55,699 nt of DNA, from positions 1 to 55,699 of the IMG/VR virus record IMGVR_UViG_3300037993_000081; one strand, written 5' to 3'. Origin of the DNA: a virus. Lineage: Duplodnaviria; Caudoviricetes. The translations under genes were made by a program, and so were the position numbers. The notes beneath the pieces were generated by a model, which was not told the origin of the DNA, did not search any database, and saw only the letters and a program-made list of their open reading frames with translations. The first letter of the stretch is position 1. The number at the start of each line of letters is the position of its first letter. Positions 37,463 through 46,305 of this stretch are shown here, piece after piece.

Positions 37463-38646
37463 GCGGCTCCTTTCCGAAACCACGCTTCCCAACGCGGCCA
37501 GTTATTTTTCCAATCAAGATGCGGCGGGAGAGTGTACCGTAATCCAGATGGAAGAGAAAGAATAGCGTTCACCCAATCTTGCGGTGAGAAAACAGGCCGC
37601 ACGCAACTGTAGACTCCTTCTGTGCGAAACGTCCCGGTTGTAACCAGTATTTCTTTCGGCATGTGCTCTGGCGCTCCACCATAGTTCCCGTGGATGCACG
37701 GACAGCCGCAAGCAAGGCTCTCGAATATTGGGTATCCAAATCCTTCGCCTAGTCCAATTCCCAGAGTCACGTCACACGCTGAGTACAATTTCGCCATCGT
37801 ATCATCGCTGAGATTGCCAAGTGAAATCAGATTGCCTTGGTTGAGACCAAAATCTGCGAGCAGGTAGGGAATAGACCAATGCCGGTCAAGTACGTCCGTG
37901 TGAATCCAAATGCGAATTTTGCGGGTCTTTGCCAACTCAGCACACGTCGCAATAGCAAGCCCGTAATCTTTCCTCGCCTGATTCGTCGCCACAATCCCAA
38001 TCAACAATTCATCGTCCGGGATGGCAACTTGCTTGCCGACTGCCATTTGACCGAACATTTGCCGCTGCCGTGCACGAGGCCGGGGAAAAAAAACGCTTGT
38101 GTCGATACCGTGAGGGAGTTGGTCAAGATCGCGCTTCGCGGATTCTTTTTCGCCAAGCGTGTTGAAAAGTATTCCTGTGGCCCACTGCGAATAGCAGAGC
38201 ACGCGGTCATAGCCCATTAAGCATTCTTTCAACATCAGAGACAGCCGATCATTCGGCCCAGTCGCATCTATTGGGAAGTATCCCCATCTTTTGAAGGGTG
38301 CTTTTTCAAGGAAACGCTGCACGGGTGGAGCGGAACACGTCTCAGGCCGTGCCAACCACAACATGCGATGAGGATCGTAGATGCTAAAAAATATACCTTT
38401 CTGATCCCCCGCAAAATCCTTCCACACTTCCGGCAGATCGTGAATAATCCATTCATTGTTTTCTTTCCATGAATACTGAGGGAAAAAAAACTTGCTTGAA
38501 CCGCTGCCACCGTATCCGATGGTCGCTACTCGAAATACGTCTGAAAGATTCGCGTAAATACGAGTCGCAAGATCGCGTGTGATCCGTGCTAGGCCGGTAG
38601 GAGCGGAGATCGCATCAGAGAAGATCAAAAGGGGAATGGGTTTCAT
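37438..38646 (-). CDS. GT4-like (GT-B) glycosyltransferase
   Basis: PHGIDTSVF, NQARKD, EGFGYPIFESLACG. Confidence 0.9.
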   Translation of the reverse strand: MKPIPLLIFSDAISAPTGLARITRDLATRIYANLSDVFRVATIGYGGSGSSKFFFPQYSWKENNEWIIHDLPEVWKDFAGDQKGIFFSIYDPHRMLWLARPETCSAPPVQRFLEKAPFKRWGYFPIDATGPNDRLSLMLKECLMGYDRVLCYSQWATGILFNTLGEKESAKRDLDQLPHGIDTSVFFPRPRARQRQMFGQMAVGKQVAIPDDELLIGIVATNQARKDYGLAIATCAELAKTRKIRIWIHTDVLDRHWSIPYLLADFGLNQGNLISLGNLSDDTMAKLYSACDVTLGIGLGEGFGYPIFESLACGCPCIHGNYGGAPEHMPKEILVTTGTFRTEGVYSCVRPVFSPQDWVNAILSLPSGLRYTLPPHLDWKNNWPRWEAWFRKGAACLNQSHS

Positions 38647-38870
38647 TGTCTTTTTAGTTTTCTGTCTTGGATGCGAATATTTTTTTTAAGCGTTGATCTC
38701 AACAATGTACCGGATATTCCCATCGTTGCTTGTAACGCCCCTACAAAGCTACGGCGAACTTTTATCATCTCTTTTTTGATTTTTGGGTTTTCTTTGCCGA
38801 CTTGCTCACAAAGAGCAGCCATCTTCACTAAGCACACCTGAAACGGATCAGCAGCATCTATTGGGTTCAT
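38643..38870 (-). CDS. Small helical protein, paralogue of 30906..31175
   Basis: ATGA overlaps on both sides; shared CEQ..NP...R..FV.ALQ.TM pattern. Confidence 0.65.
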   Translation of the reverse strand: MNPIDAADPFQVCLVKMAALCEQVGKENPKIKKEMIKVRRSFVGALQATMGISGTLLRSTLKKNIRIQDRKLKRQ

Positions 38871-39355
38871 TTTTTTGGCCCCATGATTTCGTTTATCAGG
38901 TCTTCGCCTGCATTCGCAGTCGCTTCGTAGGCTTCCTGTACTTGAAAGCTCTCGGCGCGATAGCGTTTCTTTTTCGCTTCCATGTAGTCAAGGCAATGCA
39001 GCGCCGATTCTGCCGCTTTCTTGTCGGCATTGGATTTGTGAGAGGAAATCAGCACGTCCTGCAATTGCTGCCGAAGACGTTTGCGAACCACATCCTCGCG
39101 CTCAAGGTAAGCGTGATCTTCCGCTTCGTTGTCCCGCGCTACTTGCTGGCGTAGTCTCTTTGCCCACATATCGTACTCTGCCGCATGATGAATCTCATGC
39201 TTCAGGTAGCCGCTGTGCTCAAAGGTTGAAGCAAAGGCATCGTCCATACAAAAGCAGAGAATCCGTCCCGTGTCGATGTGGGTAAGGACGCATACGCGCT
39301 CTTTGTGCGCGATCTGCGCTGGACGGCAAGAGGCGGGCAAAATCAGGTCACTCAT
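38867..39355 (-). CDS. Hypothetical protein
   Basis: ATGA-coupled to TerL. Confidence 0.65.
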   Translation of the reverse strand: MSDLILPASCRPAQIAHKERVCVLTHIDTGRILCFCMDDAFASTFEHSGYLKHEIHHAAEYDMWAKRLRQQVARDNEAEDHAYLEREDVVRKRLRQQLQDVLISSHKSNADKKAAESALHCLDYMEAKKKRYRAESFQVQEAYEATANAGEDLINEIMGPKK

Positions 39356-41511
39356 ACGGTGATGGTGTTCTCCAAATAATCCATGTTGATCGGCGGCATC
39401 TTTTCGTTTGGGTTGCCGTACTTGGCCTGCTGGCGGTTCACAAGAACGTCTTCGCCGTGCGATGTGAAGTACGCCATCGCAATTGCTCGCAGGTTGTCAT
39501 CGTGCTTTCCGCTTTCGTGATCGAGTTTTGTTTTACCAGAAATAGATGTCTTTCGCACCCATGTCTTTAACTGCCGCAAGGTCATGGGATGGCTGATTTT
39601 GAGCCACCCCCCTTGCAGCGCATCAGTGAATCGGTTGAGCAACATCGGAACGCTCCAGGCATTTGAGAACCATCCGATCTTTTTCGCGTGTTCCTTGTTC
39701 ACCACCTTGTCATCGTAGGTGTGAAATCTGTGGTGCCAGAAAAATCCCATGAGCTTGAGCTGGAACTGGCAATCGTCTCCGTATCGAGCGCGTTGTTCGA
39801 TAATGAATTTCACGCCACGAGGGTCTTTCGTGTGCGCTCGCTGATAGTACCATTGGCCATAGTAGGCTGCTAGACACGCTGCAATCGAAACCATCTGCGG
39901 AGGGTTCACGCCATTTGATACAAATGTTGCCGCCTCTTCGTCACGCTCCATGCCCGTGTGATTCTCAAGTACCGTACAGACCGAGCGATCTTCGTCTGGG
40001 TAGCCAAGTCCGTCTGCCGTATCGATCCCGATGGAATAATTGCAGCCCTCTTCTGGATGCTTAAAAATCAGAACCTTATTGAAACAAAGCGTGTCATCCG
40101 TGTCCTTAAACTCTCGTAGCGGCACCATCTCCCAGAAATTCATCTGACCGCTTTTCGACTTCCAAGACACCGGGATGCGCGGCTTTGTGTCGTCAATCTC
40201 TTCCGGCTCCGGTTCGTAGGGTTCAATGTCCTGACCGATCAAAACAGACTTGCCGCAAATCGCATAAGATTCGTATTGCTTTTCGCTGCGGTTCCGCACT
40301 TCGTAGATCACATCTTCCGAGAACACGAGATCGTCTTTTGACTGTAAGGCTTCGTCATCGGTCACGGGGTATTGCGACAGGAAGACTTTGATGGTGTGGC
40401 TTTGAACCGCTTCTCTGTATTTTGTCTCCCAAAACCATGCCTGCTCGGGCGGCATTGCCCAATCTCCACCCATGATTCGCGCCAGGTAGTCAGTCGAGCG
40501 AATGTACAGCTCTGCCTTCCGCTGCATCCTCTTCGTCTCGTCCAGAGGTCTCCAAAGCTCAGGAATGGGGTGTTGGCGCAACCAATCGGGTTGCGGATAA
40601 AGGTCCGTAGCGCACGGCCACGTAATGAACATGCAAAGGAACCGACCACCATTTGCGCGTTCTGCTTTGTAGTAGCGCCATTTCTCGGCCTGCCAACTTG
40701 TCGAGTCTCCGCCAGTTCCTTCGAGCACAAAAAAACATTTACGCGAAGAGTGAACGGCAGGAAACAATCCTTCTTCGAGAACTTTCTTTGGTCGCGGGAT
40801 GTCGGCAATCTCTGAAATATGCACCGCTGTGGGAGTCCAACCTTGCGCGATACCCATTGCCTGCGAGCCACTCTGAATCGAGAGAATCGAACCGTTCGAC
40901 CATGATGGCGTTGATGCTTTTGTGGACACCTTAACCGGACCAAGCCAGAACGGTTGACGCTCCTCGCAGATTTCCAACATCCTGCCAATCAGTTCTGAGT
41001 TGGTCGCTTTCACTGAGGCCATGACCGCCTGCGTGTGTGGAATAAAATTCAGTCGGTGCTTGAACTTCATCGCCACTGCCGTCGTGATTCCGACCTGCCG
41101 ACTCTTAATGCAGAACAGTTCTATCGCCCACTGATTTTCATCAAACGGTTCAAGTATCTTGTGAAAAATCTCTTGCGACTTCCGAGGCTTGTAGCGGAAG
41201 ATTTCGTTCTGCTCATTGCAAATCCACGCGTATCGACTTTCCCAATATGCCGAATCAGCGAAACATAGAAACTGTTCTCCGATGATCCATTTCTGGATTT
41301 CTTTCTTCCGGCGCTCGGTCAGTCGCACGCCGTCTTTTATGTCGATATACTTGTTGGTCTGATTTTTTTCGATCTTGACAAGCGAATCAATGTAGTTTGA
41401 AAACTCTTCGACTTCCCCAATGGAGTGATACTGCGGTCGCCATCCTTCGCGTGCTTCAAAGGCGTCGATAGTCGCTGTGATGACCCGAGGCGAGTACATT
41501 TCAATCTTCAA
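39352..41511 (-). CDS. terL: Terminase large subunit
   Basis: Walker A KSRQVGITT, Walker B VHISE, LEGTG coupling motif, nuclease IGIDTADG and HDD. Confidence 0.92.
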   Translation of the reverse strand: MKIEMYSPRVITATIDAFEAREGWRPQYHSIGEVEEFSNYIDSLVKIEKNQTNKYIDIKDGVRLTERRKKEIQKWIIGEQFLCFADSAYWESRYAWICNEQNEIFRYKPRKSQEIFHKILEPFDENQWAIELFCIKSRQVGITTAVAMKFKHRLNFIPHTQAVMASVKATNSELIGRMLEICEERQPFWLGPVKVSTKASTPSWSNGSILSIQSGSQAMGIAQGWTPTAVHISEIADIPRPKKVLEEGLFPAVHSSRKCFFVLEGTGGDSTSWQAEKWRYYKAERANGGRFLCMFITWPCATDLYPQPDWLRQHPIPELWRPLDETKRMQRKAELYIRSTDYLARIMGGDWAMPPEQAWFWETKYREAVQSHTIKVFLSQYPVTDDEALQSKDDLVFSEDVIYEVRNRSEKQYESYAICGKSVLIGQDIEPYEPEPEEIDDTKPRIPVSWKSKSGQMNFWEMVPLREFKDTDDTLCFNKVLIFKHPEEGCNYSIGIDTADGLGYPDEDRSVCTVLENHTGMERDEEAATFVSNGVNPPQMVSIAACLAAYYGQWYYQRAHTKDPRGVKFIIEQRARYGDDCQFQLKLMGFFWHHRFHTYDDKVVNKEHAKKIGWFSNAWSVPMLLNRFTDALQGGWLKISHPMTLRQLKTWVRKTSISGKTKLDHESGKHDDNLRAIAMAYFTSHGEDVLVNRQQAKYGNPNEKMPPINMDYLENTITV

Positions 41512-41652
41512 TCTCTAAAAACACCGGGGAGTTGGATTGACCCAAGGGTATGATCCCAATGAAAGCCCCAACTTCCCTACTGATGGCTTGCACTGCGTAA
41601 CGCAAGGTGCGCGTATCCATACACGCTACGCCACTATGACCATCAGATTCCT

Positions 41653-42381
41653 TCAATTCCCACTCTCCAGCATCTTGCTTCGGTCGTGCTGCCACTTTTC
41701 CTGCCGGTCGGTAATCATCGGGAAAAGCTCGTTCACTTCTGGCGCGGTCGCTTCGCTGGCATCGTTTTGCTTGCCATCTTCCGGTTTCCCAAAATTGAAG
41801 TTGATACTCGGTCCTTTTGGAGTCTGCAAGAAACCAACCGCTTCGTGCATCATTCTTTTGGCTTGCACTGCTCCCGGCACCATCGCGTCTTGAATACTAG
41901 CGCTAACTAAATCTGGATGTGCATCGAGTGCACGCATAGCGCTTTTCTGCACTTGTGTGGCTTTAAATGAGAACATCATTGCACCCAATAGTTCCGCAAA
42001 ATTACAATGCGCTTTGAGTGCAATCGCCTCAAAAGAAATTTGTTTTCGGTCACATGAAGGAATCGCATCGTATACCTTCAAAAAACTGACTACGGAAGGT
42101 TCTTCTGAAAACCTTATTGCGTCAAGAACGGATCGCCGAGTAGGAAAATAGGACGTGATATTCGGCACGGTCTCAACTTGGCTTGGTTTGATTCCCGTCC
42201 CTTTCAGGAAACGGAGGAGCGATGCGTCCCGTCGCGGTAGCCGCCGCAGTGCCACTTTCTTCGAGCCGCTTAGCGAACCTAGAAGGGCCAGCCGCGCTCT
42301 CCGTTTCCGCGATCCATTCGTCAGTCGGTTTGTCGTTGTACTGCTCGCGTCGTTCGTCGGCTCGGATAATTTCTGCATCAC
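41653..42381 (-). CDS. Possible terminase small subunit (start uncertain)
   Basis: Helical protein just upstream of TerL; position only. Confidence 0.4.
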   Translation of the reverse strand: MMQKLSEPTNDASSTTTNRLTNGSRKRRARLALLGSLSGSKKVALRRLPRRDASLLRFLKGTGIKPSQVETVPNITSYFPTRRSVLDAIRFSEEPSVVSFLKVYDAIPSCDRKQISFEAIALKAHCNFAELLGAMMFSFKATQVQKSAMRALDAHPDLVSASIQDAMVPGAVQAKRMMHEAVGFLQTPKGPSINFNFGKPEDGKQNDASEATAPEVNELFPMITDRQEKWQHDRSKMLESGN

Positions 42382-42508
42382 GTTTCACCTTCGGAGCGGG
42401 AAATTGTTTGTCGAACTTCTCTCGCTCAAGTTTAAGCCATCCTTCCAAGGCGGAGGCAATACGCTCCATCGCCCGCGTGTCACGTGTGAATTCGTCTTCA
42501 ATGCTCAT
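42173..42508 (-). CDS. Hypothetical protein
   Basis: ATGA coupling; ERIASALE helix. Confidence 0.55.
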   Translation of the reverse strand: MSIEDEFTRDTRAMERIASALEGWLKLEREKFDKQFPAPKVKRDAEIIRADERREQYNDKPTDEWIAETESAAGPSRFAKRLEESGTAAATATGRIAPPFPERDGNQTKPS

Positions 42509-42897
42509 GACTTGACCTTTCTCGGGGCGTATTTCAGGTGCTTTGTGACCTTCTTGCCGTCGATCACGGTCTGCACAGGAACGGCTTGGTCAGTCTCCTG
42601 GCGTAGTTGGTTAGGAGGCATCGGCTCGACCATCAAAGTCGCCTCCACGGTTTCCGGTTCGCTCTCTGAAGCCAATCCTGAGTCGAGTTCGACCGTAGCA
42701 GCTACGTTGTTGCTAACGTCTGGACGTGCAATGTCGGTTAAGATCATCTTGACGAATACCTCTATCCTTACTTTGGCGTAAGAATTTCCAAGGCTTAAGT
42801 GGCAGTTCTTTTGCATACACTCGCGCAATTTGAACAGCGTTGCTTCTTGAATCTCTTCGCCGTTAAGAGGGAGCGGGATGCTCTTCTCCGATTCCAT
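42505..42897 (-). CDS. Hypothetical protein
   Basis: TGATG coupling and GGAG RBS. Confidence 0.6.
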   Translation of the reverse strand: MESEKSIPLPLNGEEIQEATLFKLRECMQKNCHLSLGNSYAKVRIEVFVKMILTDIARPDVSNNVAATVELDSGLASESEPETVEATLMVEPMPPNQLRQETDQAVPVQTVIDGKKVTKHLKYAPRKVKS

Positions 42898-43292
42898 CAC
42901 TTCTTCTCCGGCTTCTTGGTGGCATCATCAAACTTTTTAGGAACCGGACGCAAGGCAATCCTGCCCACAGCCACATCCTTGCACTCGGGAAGTGTGGGAC
43001 CGTCGCACAAGGAATACTCTTCGCCGGTGATCTTCCGAGAACTGTAAACCTGCGAAGCAAGCTCTTGGAGTTTTTTCTGGGCATCGTTTGCACGCTGATA
43101 TTCGGGCATGCGTTGCAAGAGGGTTTGCAACACCTGAGATGCCGTGAGTTGCTCTTTTTGAGCGGCCAATAAACCAATTTCTTCCTCTGCGGAGATCGCT
43201 GCGACCGGCTTTGTTTCCTGCTTTTTATCCTGTGTGACCGCTTGGACGAGTAAAATACAGAACAACAACACTAACGCGTAAAGCATTTTCAT
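42897..43292 (-). CDS. Secreted coiled-coil protein
   Basis: Hydrophobic leader then QDKK; one Cys pair in the mature region. Confidence 0.6.
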   Translation of the reverse strand: MKMLYALVLLFCILLVQAVTQDKKQETKPVAAISAEEEIGLLAAQKEQLTASQVLQTLLQRMPEYQRANDAQKKLQELASQVYSSRKITGEEYSLCDGPTLPECKDVAVGRIALRPVPKKFDDATKKPEKK

Positions 43293-43294
43293 TT

Positions 43295-43498
43295 TCAATT
43301 CTCCTTGTGTCGTTCAACAAGAGCTTCAAATTCGTTCAGGTGACGCAGCGTTGGCCGGTAAGTACCCCTCTCGATGTACTGTACTGCTCTCTGGCTGATC
43401 CCGAGACACAAAGCCAACATCCCCTGACTCATTCTCTTCGCTTTCCTGAATCGGCGGAAGCGGACAGCGGCGGAGATCATGCGGATTGATTTCGGCAT
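43295..43498 (-). CDS. XRE/Cro-like HTH regulator
   Basis: RKAKRMSQGMLALCLGISQRAVQYIERGTYRP. Confidence 0.85.
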   Translation of the reverse strand: MPKSIRMISAAVRFRRFRKAKRMSQGMLALCLGISQRAVQYIERGTYRPTLRHLNEFEALVERHKEN

Positions 43499-43535
43499 AC
43501 ATTTCCAGCCCCAAAAAGTCTAATTTCAGACTGGT

Positions 43536-43570
43536 AAAAATTGGGAACGGTTCACACAGCCCGCTCCCAT
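43536..43570 (-). terminator. Intrinsic terminator
   Basis: TGGGAGCGG/CCGTTCCCA stem then ATTTTT after the Ig-domain gene. Confidence 0.6.
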
Positions 43571-43587
43571 CGCTGTCTCTTCCAGTT

Positions 43588-44187
43588 TCAGTTTGCGCTG
43601 AGTGTAAGCGTTGCCGACACCGCAGGCGGTGGAGGCGGAGCCTGAACCGTCAAAATGTCACTGGCGGTAAGATTGTTGACTGGATCAGTTCCGCTAATGT
43701 TCGCCGTGCCCGCCGACACTCCGGTTGCAACTCCGGTCACAGGATCAACGGTTGCTACTGCTGTGTTATCTGACGTGAACGCAGGCGTTCCGGCATCGGG
43801 CACTACCACACCCGTACCGCTTGGCCCCGACCACTCTTGGAACAACGAATTCGCTGTCCCGCCGACAAGGATTGTTGCTGCCATAGCAGGTTTCCTTTCT
43901 ATAAACAATTCGAGTGTAGCCGATTGTGGACGATGCAGAAAGTTCCAAGTCGCATCCACCCGCTCAAGAATCAGGTCCAACTCGGAGATGATGATGTTCT
44001 CTTTGTCGATAATTTCCTGAGTCCTGTCGTGCGGCATTGTCGCTTTGAGTTTGTTGTGCGAGACGATCAAATCGGAGAGTGCGCCTTCGATGAACTTGTT
44101 GTGCGTGTTAGCCTCTTCCTCTAGCCAATGATGGCAGGGACTCTCTCGGAGACCGCAAACGGTACATATAAAACTGAACACCGGCAT
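43588..44187 (-). CDS. Protein with C-terminal Big_2 Ig-like domain; internal in-frame start near 43884
   Basis: FTSDNTAVATVDPVTGVATGVSAGTANISGT; GAAAGGA RBS before the internal MAATILV. Confidence 0.7.
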   Translation of the reverse strand: MPVFSFICTVCGLRESPCHHWLEEEANTHNKFIEGALSDLIVSHNKLKATMPHDRTQEIIDKENIIISELDLILERVDATWNFLHRPQSATLELFIERKPAMAATILVGGTANSLFQEWSGPSGTGVVVPDAGTPAFTSDNTAVATVDPVTGVATGVSAGTANISGTDPVNNLTASDILTVQAPPPPPAVSATLTLSAN

Positions 44188-44375
44188 CACACATCTCTTT
44201 TCTGTGAGGAGACGACAACTGCATCCCCGCCCCTTTCCTCACTGCAACACCCTAGTGCTTCAGCGAGAAACGATGGAAGCCAATCCTTCTGGGTCATGTT
44301 CTCTTCCGCACATCTGATCCTGATCGCCTTCAAAAGTTCATCGCTGACCTCAACGTTGATGTTCGGCACATGCAC
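44187..44375 (-). CDS. Ribbon-helix-helix DNA-binding protein, probably leaderless
   Basis: NINVEVSDELLKAIRIRCAEENMTQKDWL; starts right after a promoter. Confidence 0.65.
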   Translation of the reverse strand: MHVPNINVEVSDELLKAIRIRCAEENMTQKDWLPSFLAEALGCCSEERGGDAVVVSSQKRDV

Positions 44376-44404
44376 ACCTTAGTACACTTAGTACGACGTG
44401 TCAA
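44376..44404 (-). promoter_or_regulatory. Sigma70-type promoter with direct-repeat operator
   Basis: TTGACA-17 nt-TAAGGT; GTACTAAG twice in the spacer/-10. Confidence 0.65.
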
Positions 44405-44405
44405 G

Positions 44406-44876
44406 CTAGAACTTCGCGCACCAGGCCTGCTTGCCATCCTCGCTGACAAGCCGGACTTGGCTTAAATCGACACACGACCACTCCCTGTTTGGAATGCACC
44501 CATATCCACCGCCGCCGTAAATACCAATCTGAGTATCGGCTGGACAATCCCACCAATCATTCACAAGTATCACCTCGTGGTGGATCGCCGGAACGACCAT
44601 CGGGGCGGGCGGTTCCCAATGTACCACAGTGACCTCCGGTGCGAGCAATGAGCAAGGGGGCAACACAAATACCGGCATCCCAGTTGGAAAAACAGCCGAC
44701 GCCAATAATTCCGGCTCTGGCAGCGGCAGTGTGGGATGGCGGGTCACGGCGGGTAGGCAATATTCGTCCAACATCTGCCTCCATCCATACCCCGTACGCT
44801 GTGTACAAACGAAGTCCCCAGTACCTTGCCCCCACCCGACCGCTGCCAGCAGCAGCACAACGCACAAGAGTCTCAC
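44406..44876 (-). CDS. Secreted Cys-rich protein
   Basis: MRLLCVVLLLAAVGWG/Q leader. Confidence 0.6.
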   Translation of the reverse strand: MRLLCVVLLLAAVGWGQGTGDFVCTQRTGYGWRQMLDEYCLPAVTRHPTLPLPEPELLASAVFPTGMPVFVLPPCSLLAPEVTVVHWEPPAPMVVPAIHHEVILVNDWWDCPADTQIGIYGGGGYGCIPNREWSCVDLSQVRLVSEDGKQAWCAKF

Positions 44877-45001
44877 ATTAGGCCCCCTTTCTTGAGAATC
44901 TCCTCAAGGTGGTCTAGGCGAGCATTCGCCATCCATCCAAGGAGTATTCCTATTAGGGCAAGAAACAACAGCACCCAGTCCGTTTTAACTTGTTCGTTCA
45001 C
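44873..45001 (-). CDS. Small single-TM protein
   Basis: GTGA/ATGA overlaps; hydrophobic core. Confidence 0.55.
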   Translation of the reverse strand: MNEQVKTDWVLLFLALIGILLGWMANARLDHLEEILKKGGLM

Positions 45002-45777
45002 GTCTGCTCCTTCCCGGCTACCTGCTCCAGCGCAGCCTCGAATCCGCAATCGCACGGTAAGGGTTTAACTCGTGGCTTTTTCGTTGCACATTGAGCCGTA
45101 TGTGTTCCAAACTCGCAGAGCGCTTCTGTCAGGCTGCGTACCTGCTCCTGGTGCTCCGCGACGGGCATATACTCTATTCCGCCCCACGTAACTCGTTGCA
45201 GTTGCTTCTGGAGGCTACGTACCTGCTCGCGTAGCCTCTCAGCCTCCTGATAGGCATTCGCGACGGGCATATACTCTATTCCGCCCCACGTAACTCGTTG
45301 CAGTTGCTTCTGGAGGCTACGTACCTGCTCGCGTAGCCTCTCAGCCTCCTGATAGGCATTCAAATAGCATGTTTGAAGCGCGGCATATTTGTCGCTCAGT
45401 CCCTCCGCTCCAGCATAACGAATGTCGTGGAGCACGTCTGTGGATGTCCTTGGTGTATCCGGCACAGTATTTCCGATCTGATTCTCTGGTTTCTCTGCTA
45501 CACTCGGCGGAGTGTTGCTCAATCCCTCCGCTGGCGGTGCGGGCGCTTGCTCGACAGCCACGTGACAACCTTCACCAGAACTTAGTGGCAGGTGGCAAAG
45601 CTGGCATACGTCGAGTTTGAAATCGTTCGACGTGGCGCTATTAGTGAGTGCGGGTGCTTGCTCGTTGTGCCAGTGCCAAGGGTCGCCGCACATTTCACGA
45701 GGCATTCCCTCGATCCACTTGTAACCACAGTGGCACGTCGGGCAACTCTCGGGCGCTTGCTTGGATGGATCAGTCAT
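44998..45777 (-). CDS. Mosaic Cys-rich/coiled-coil hypothetical protein
   Basis: GAGGTG RBS; EQAP-linked modules; exact internal duplication. Confidence 0.6.
   Translation of the reverse strand: MTDPSKQAPESCPTCHCGYKWIEGMPREMCGDPWHWHNEQAPALTNSATSNDFKLDVCQLCHLPLSSGEGCHVAVEQAPAPPAEGLSNTPPSVAEKPENQIGNTVPDTPRTSTDVLHDIRYAGAEGLSDKYAALQTCYLNAYQEAERLREQVRSLQKQLQRVTWGGIEYMPVANAYQEAERLREQVRSLQKQLQRVTWGGIEYMPVAEHQEQVRSLTEALCEFGTHTAQCATKKPRVKPLPCDCGFEAALEQVAGKEQT
45157..45361. repeat. Exact 102-bp tandem duplication (34 aa)
   Basis: Units start at 45157 and 45259. Confidence 0.95.
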
Positions 45778-45940
45778 AGCACACCTCAATTTTGATTATG
45801 CGTGGAGTTTTTAGGTATTGCTCGCGTTTCCATCGTACTGCCGCAGGATAGGTGAAAAATGTCGCGGGCACGCCGAGGTTCCTCTCAGTGATAGTGCCGT
45901 CTGGAAAGACAAGCACCCATAAATAACCCTTCCTATTCAC
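45770..45940 (-). CDS. Hypothetical protein
   Basis: GTG start after GAGGAGG. Confidence 0.55.
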   Translation of the reverse strand: MNRKGYLWVLVFPDGTITERNLGVPATFFTYPAAVRWKREQYLKTPRIIKIEVCYD

Positions 45941-45971
45941 GTTTCCTCCTCTGCTCGCTCGTGCTCTCCGC

Positions 45972-46042
45972 TGCGCCCGCAAGTCCCGAAGACTCTTATG
46001 CGGCTTTAGAGACCGCTAGCAATCTCGCACCGAAGCGGGCGC
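45972..46042 (-). ncRNA. tRNA-like cloverleaf with CUCUAAA anticodon loop, non-canonical
   Basis: 8-bp acceptor-like stem, 5-bp stem with 7-nt loop, T-like arm with 5-nt loop, weak D arm, no CCA. Confidence 0.45.
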
Positions 46043-46070
46043 ACCGCAAAGCACGAACCGCGCTACTCAC

Positions 46071-46268
46071 TTATGGGCTTACAAATTCTCCGTTGGACGG
46101 ATCGAGACCATAGCCATCCGGCATTTTATATTTCCGTCGAAGGAGTTCAACTTCCCATGCGGGATCGCCCATTGGCATCCCGCCAGAAAGAAACATTCCT
46201 GAAACTCTTTGCGCGGTTTTCACACATTCCAATTCTTCCGTCGTCACAAACTTGCCCGTTCTTTGCAT
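46071..46268 (-). CDS. Hypothetical protein
   Basis: GGAGG RBS. Confidence 0.6.
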   Translation of the reverse strand: MQRTGKFVTTEELECVKTAQRVSGMFLSGGMPMGDPAWEVELLRRKYKMPDGYGLDPSNGEFVSP

Positions 46269-46305
46269 AATTCCTCCATGCGCCCGCTATCGCCATCTCC
46301 CGCGT

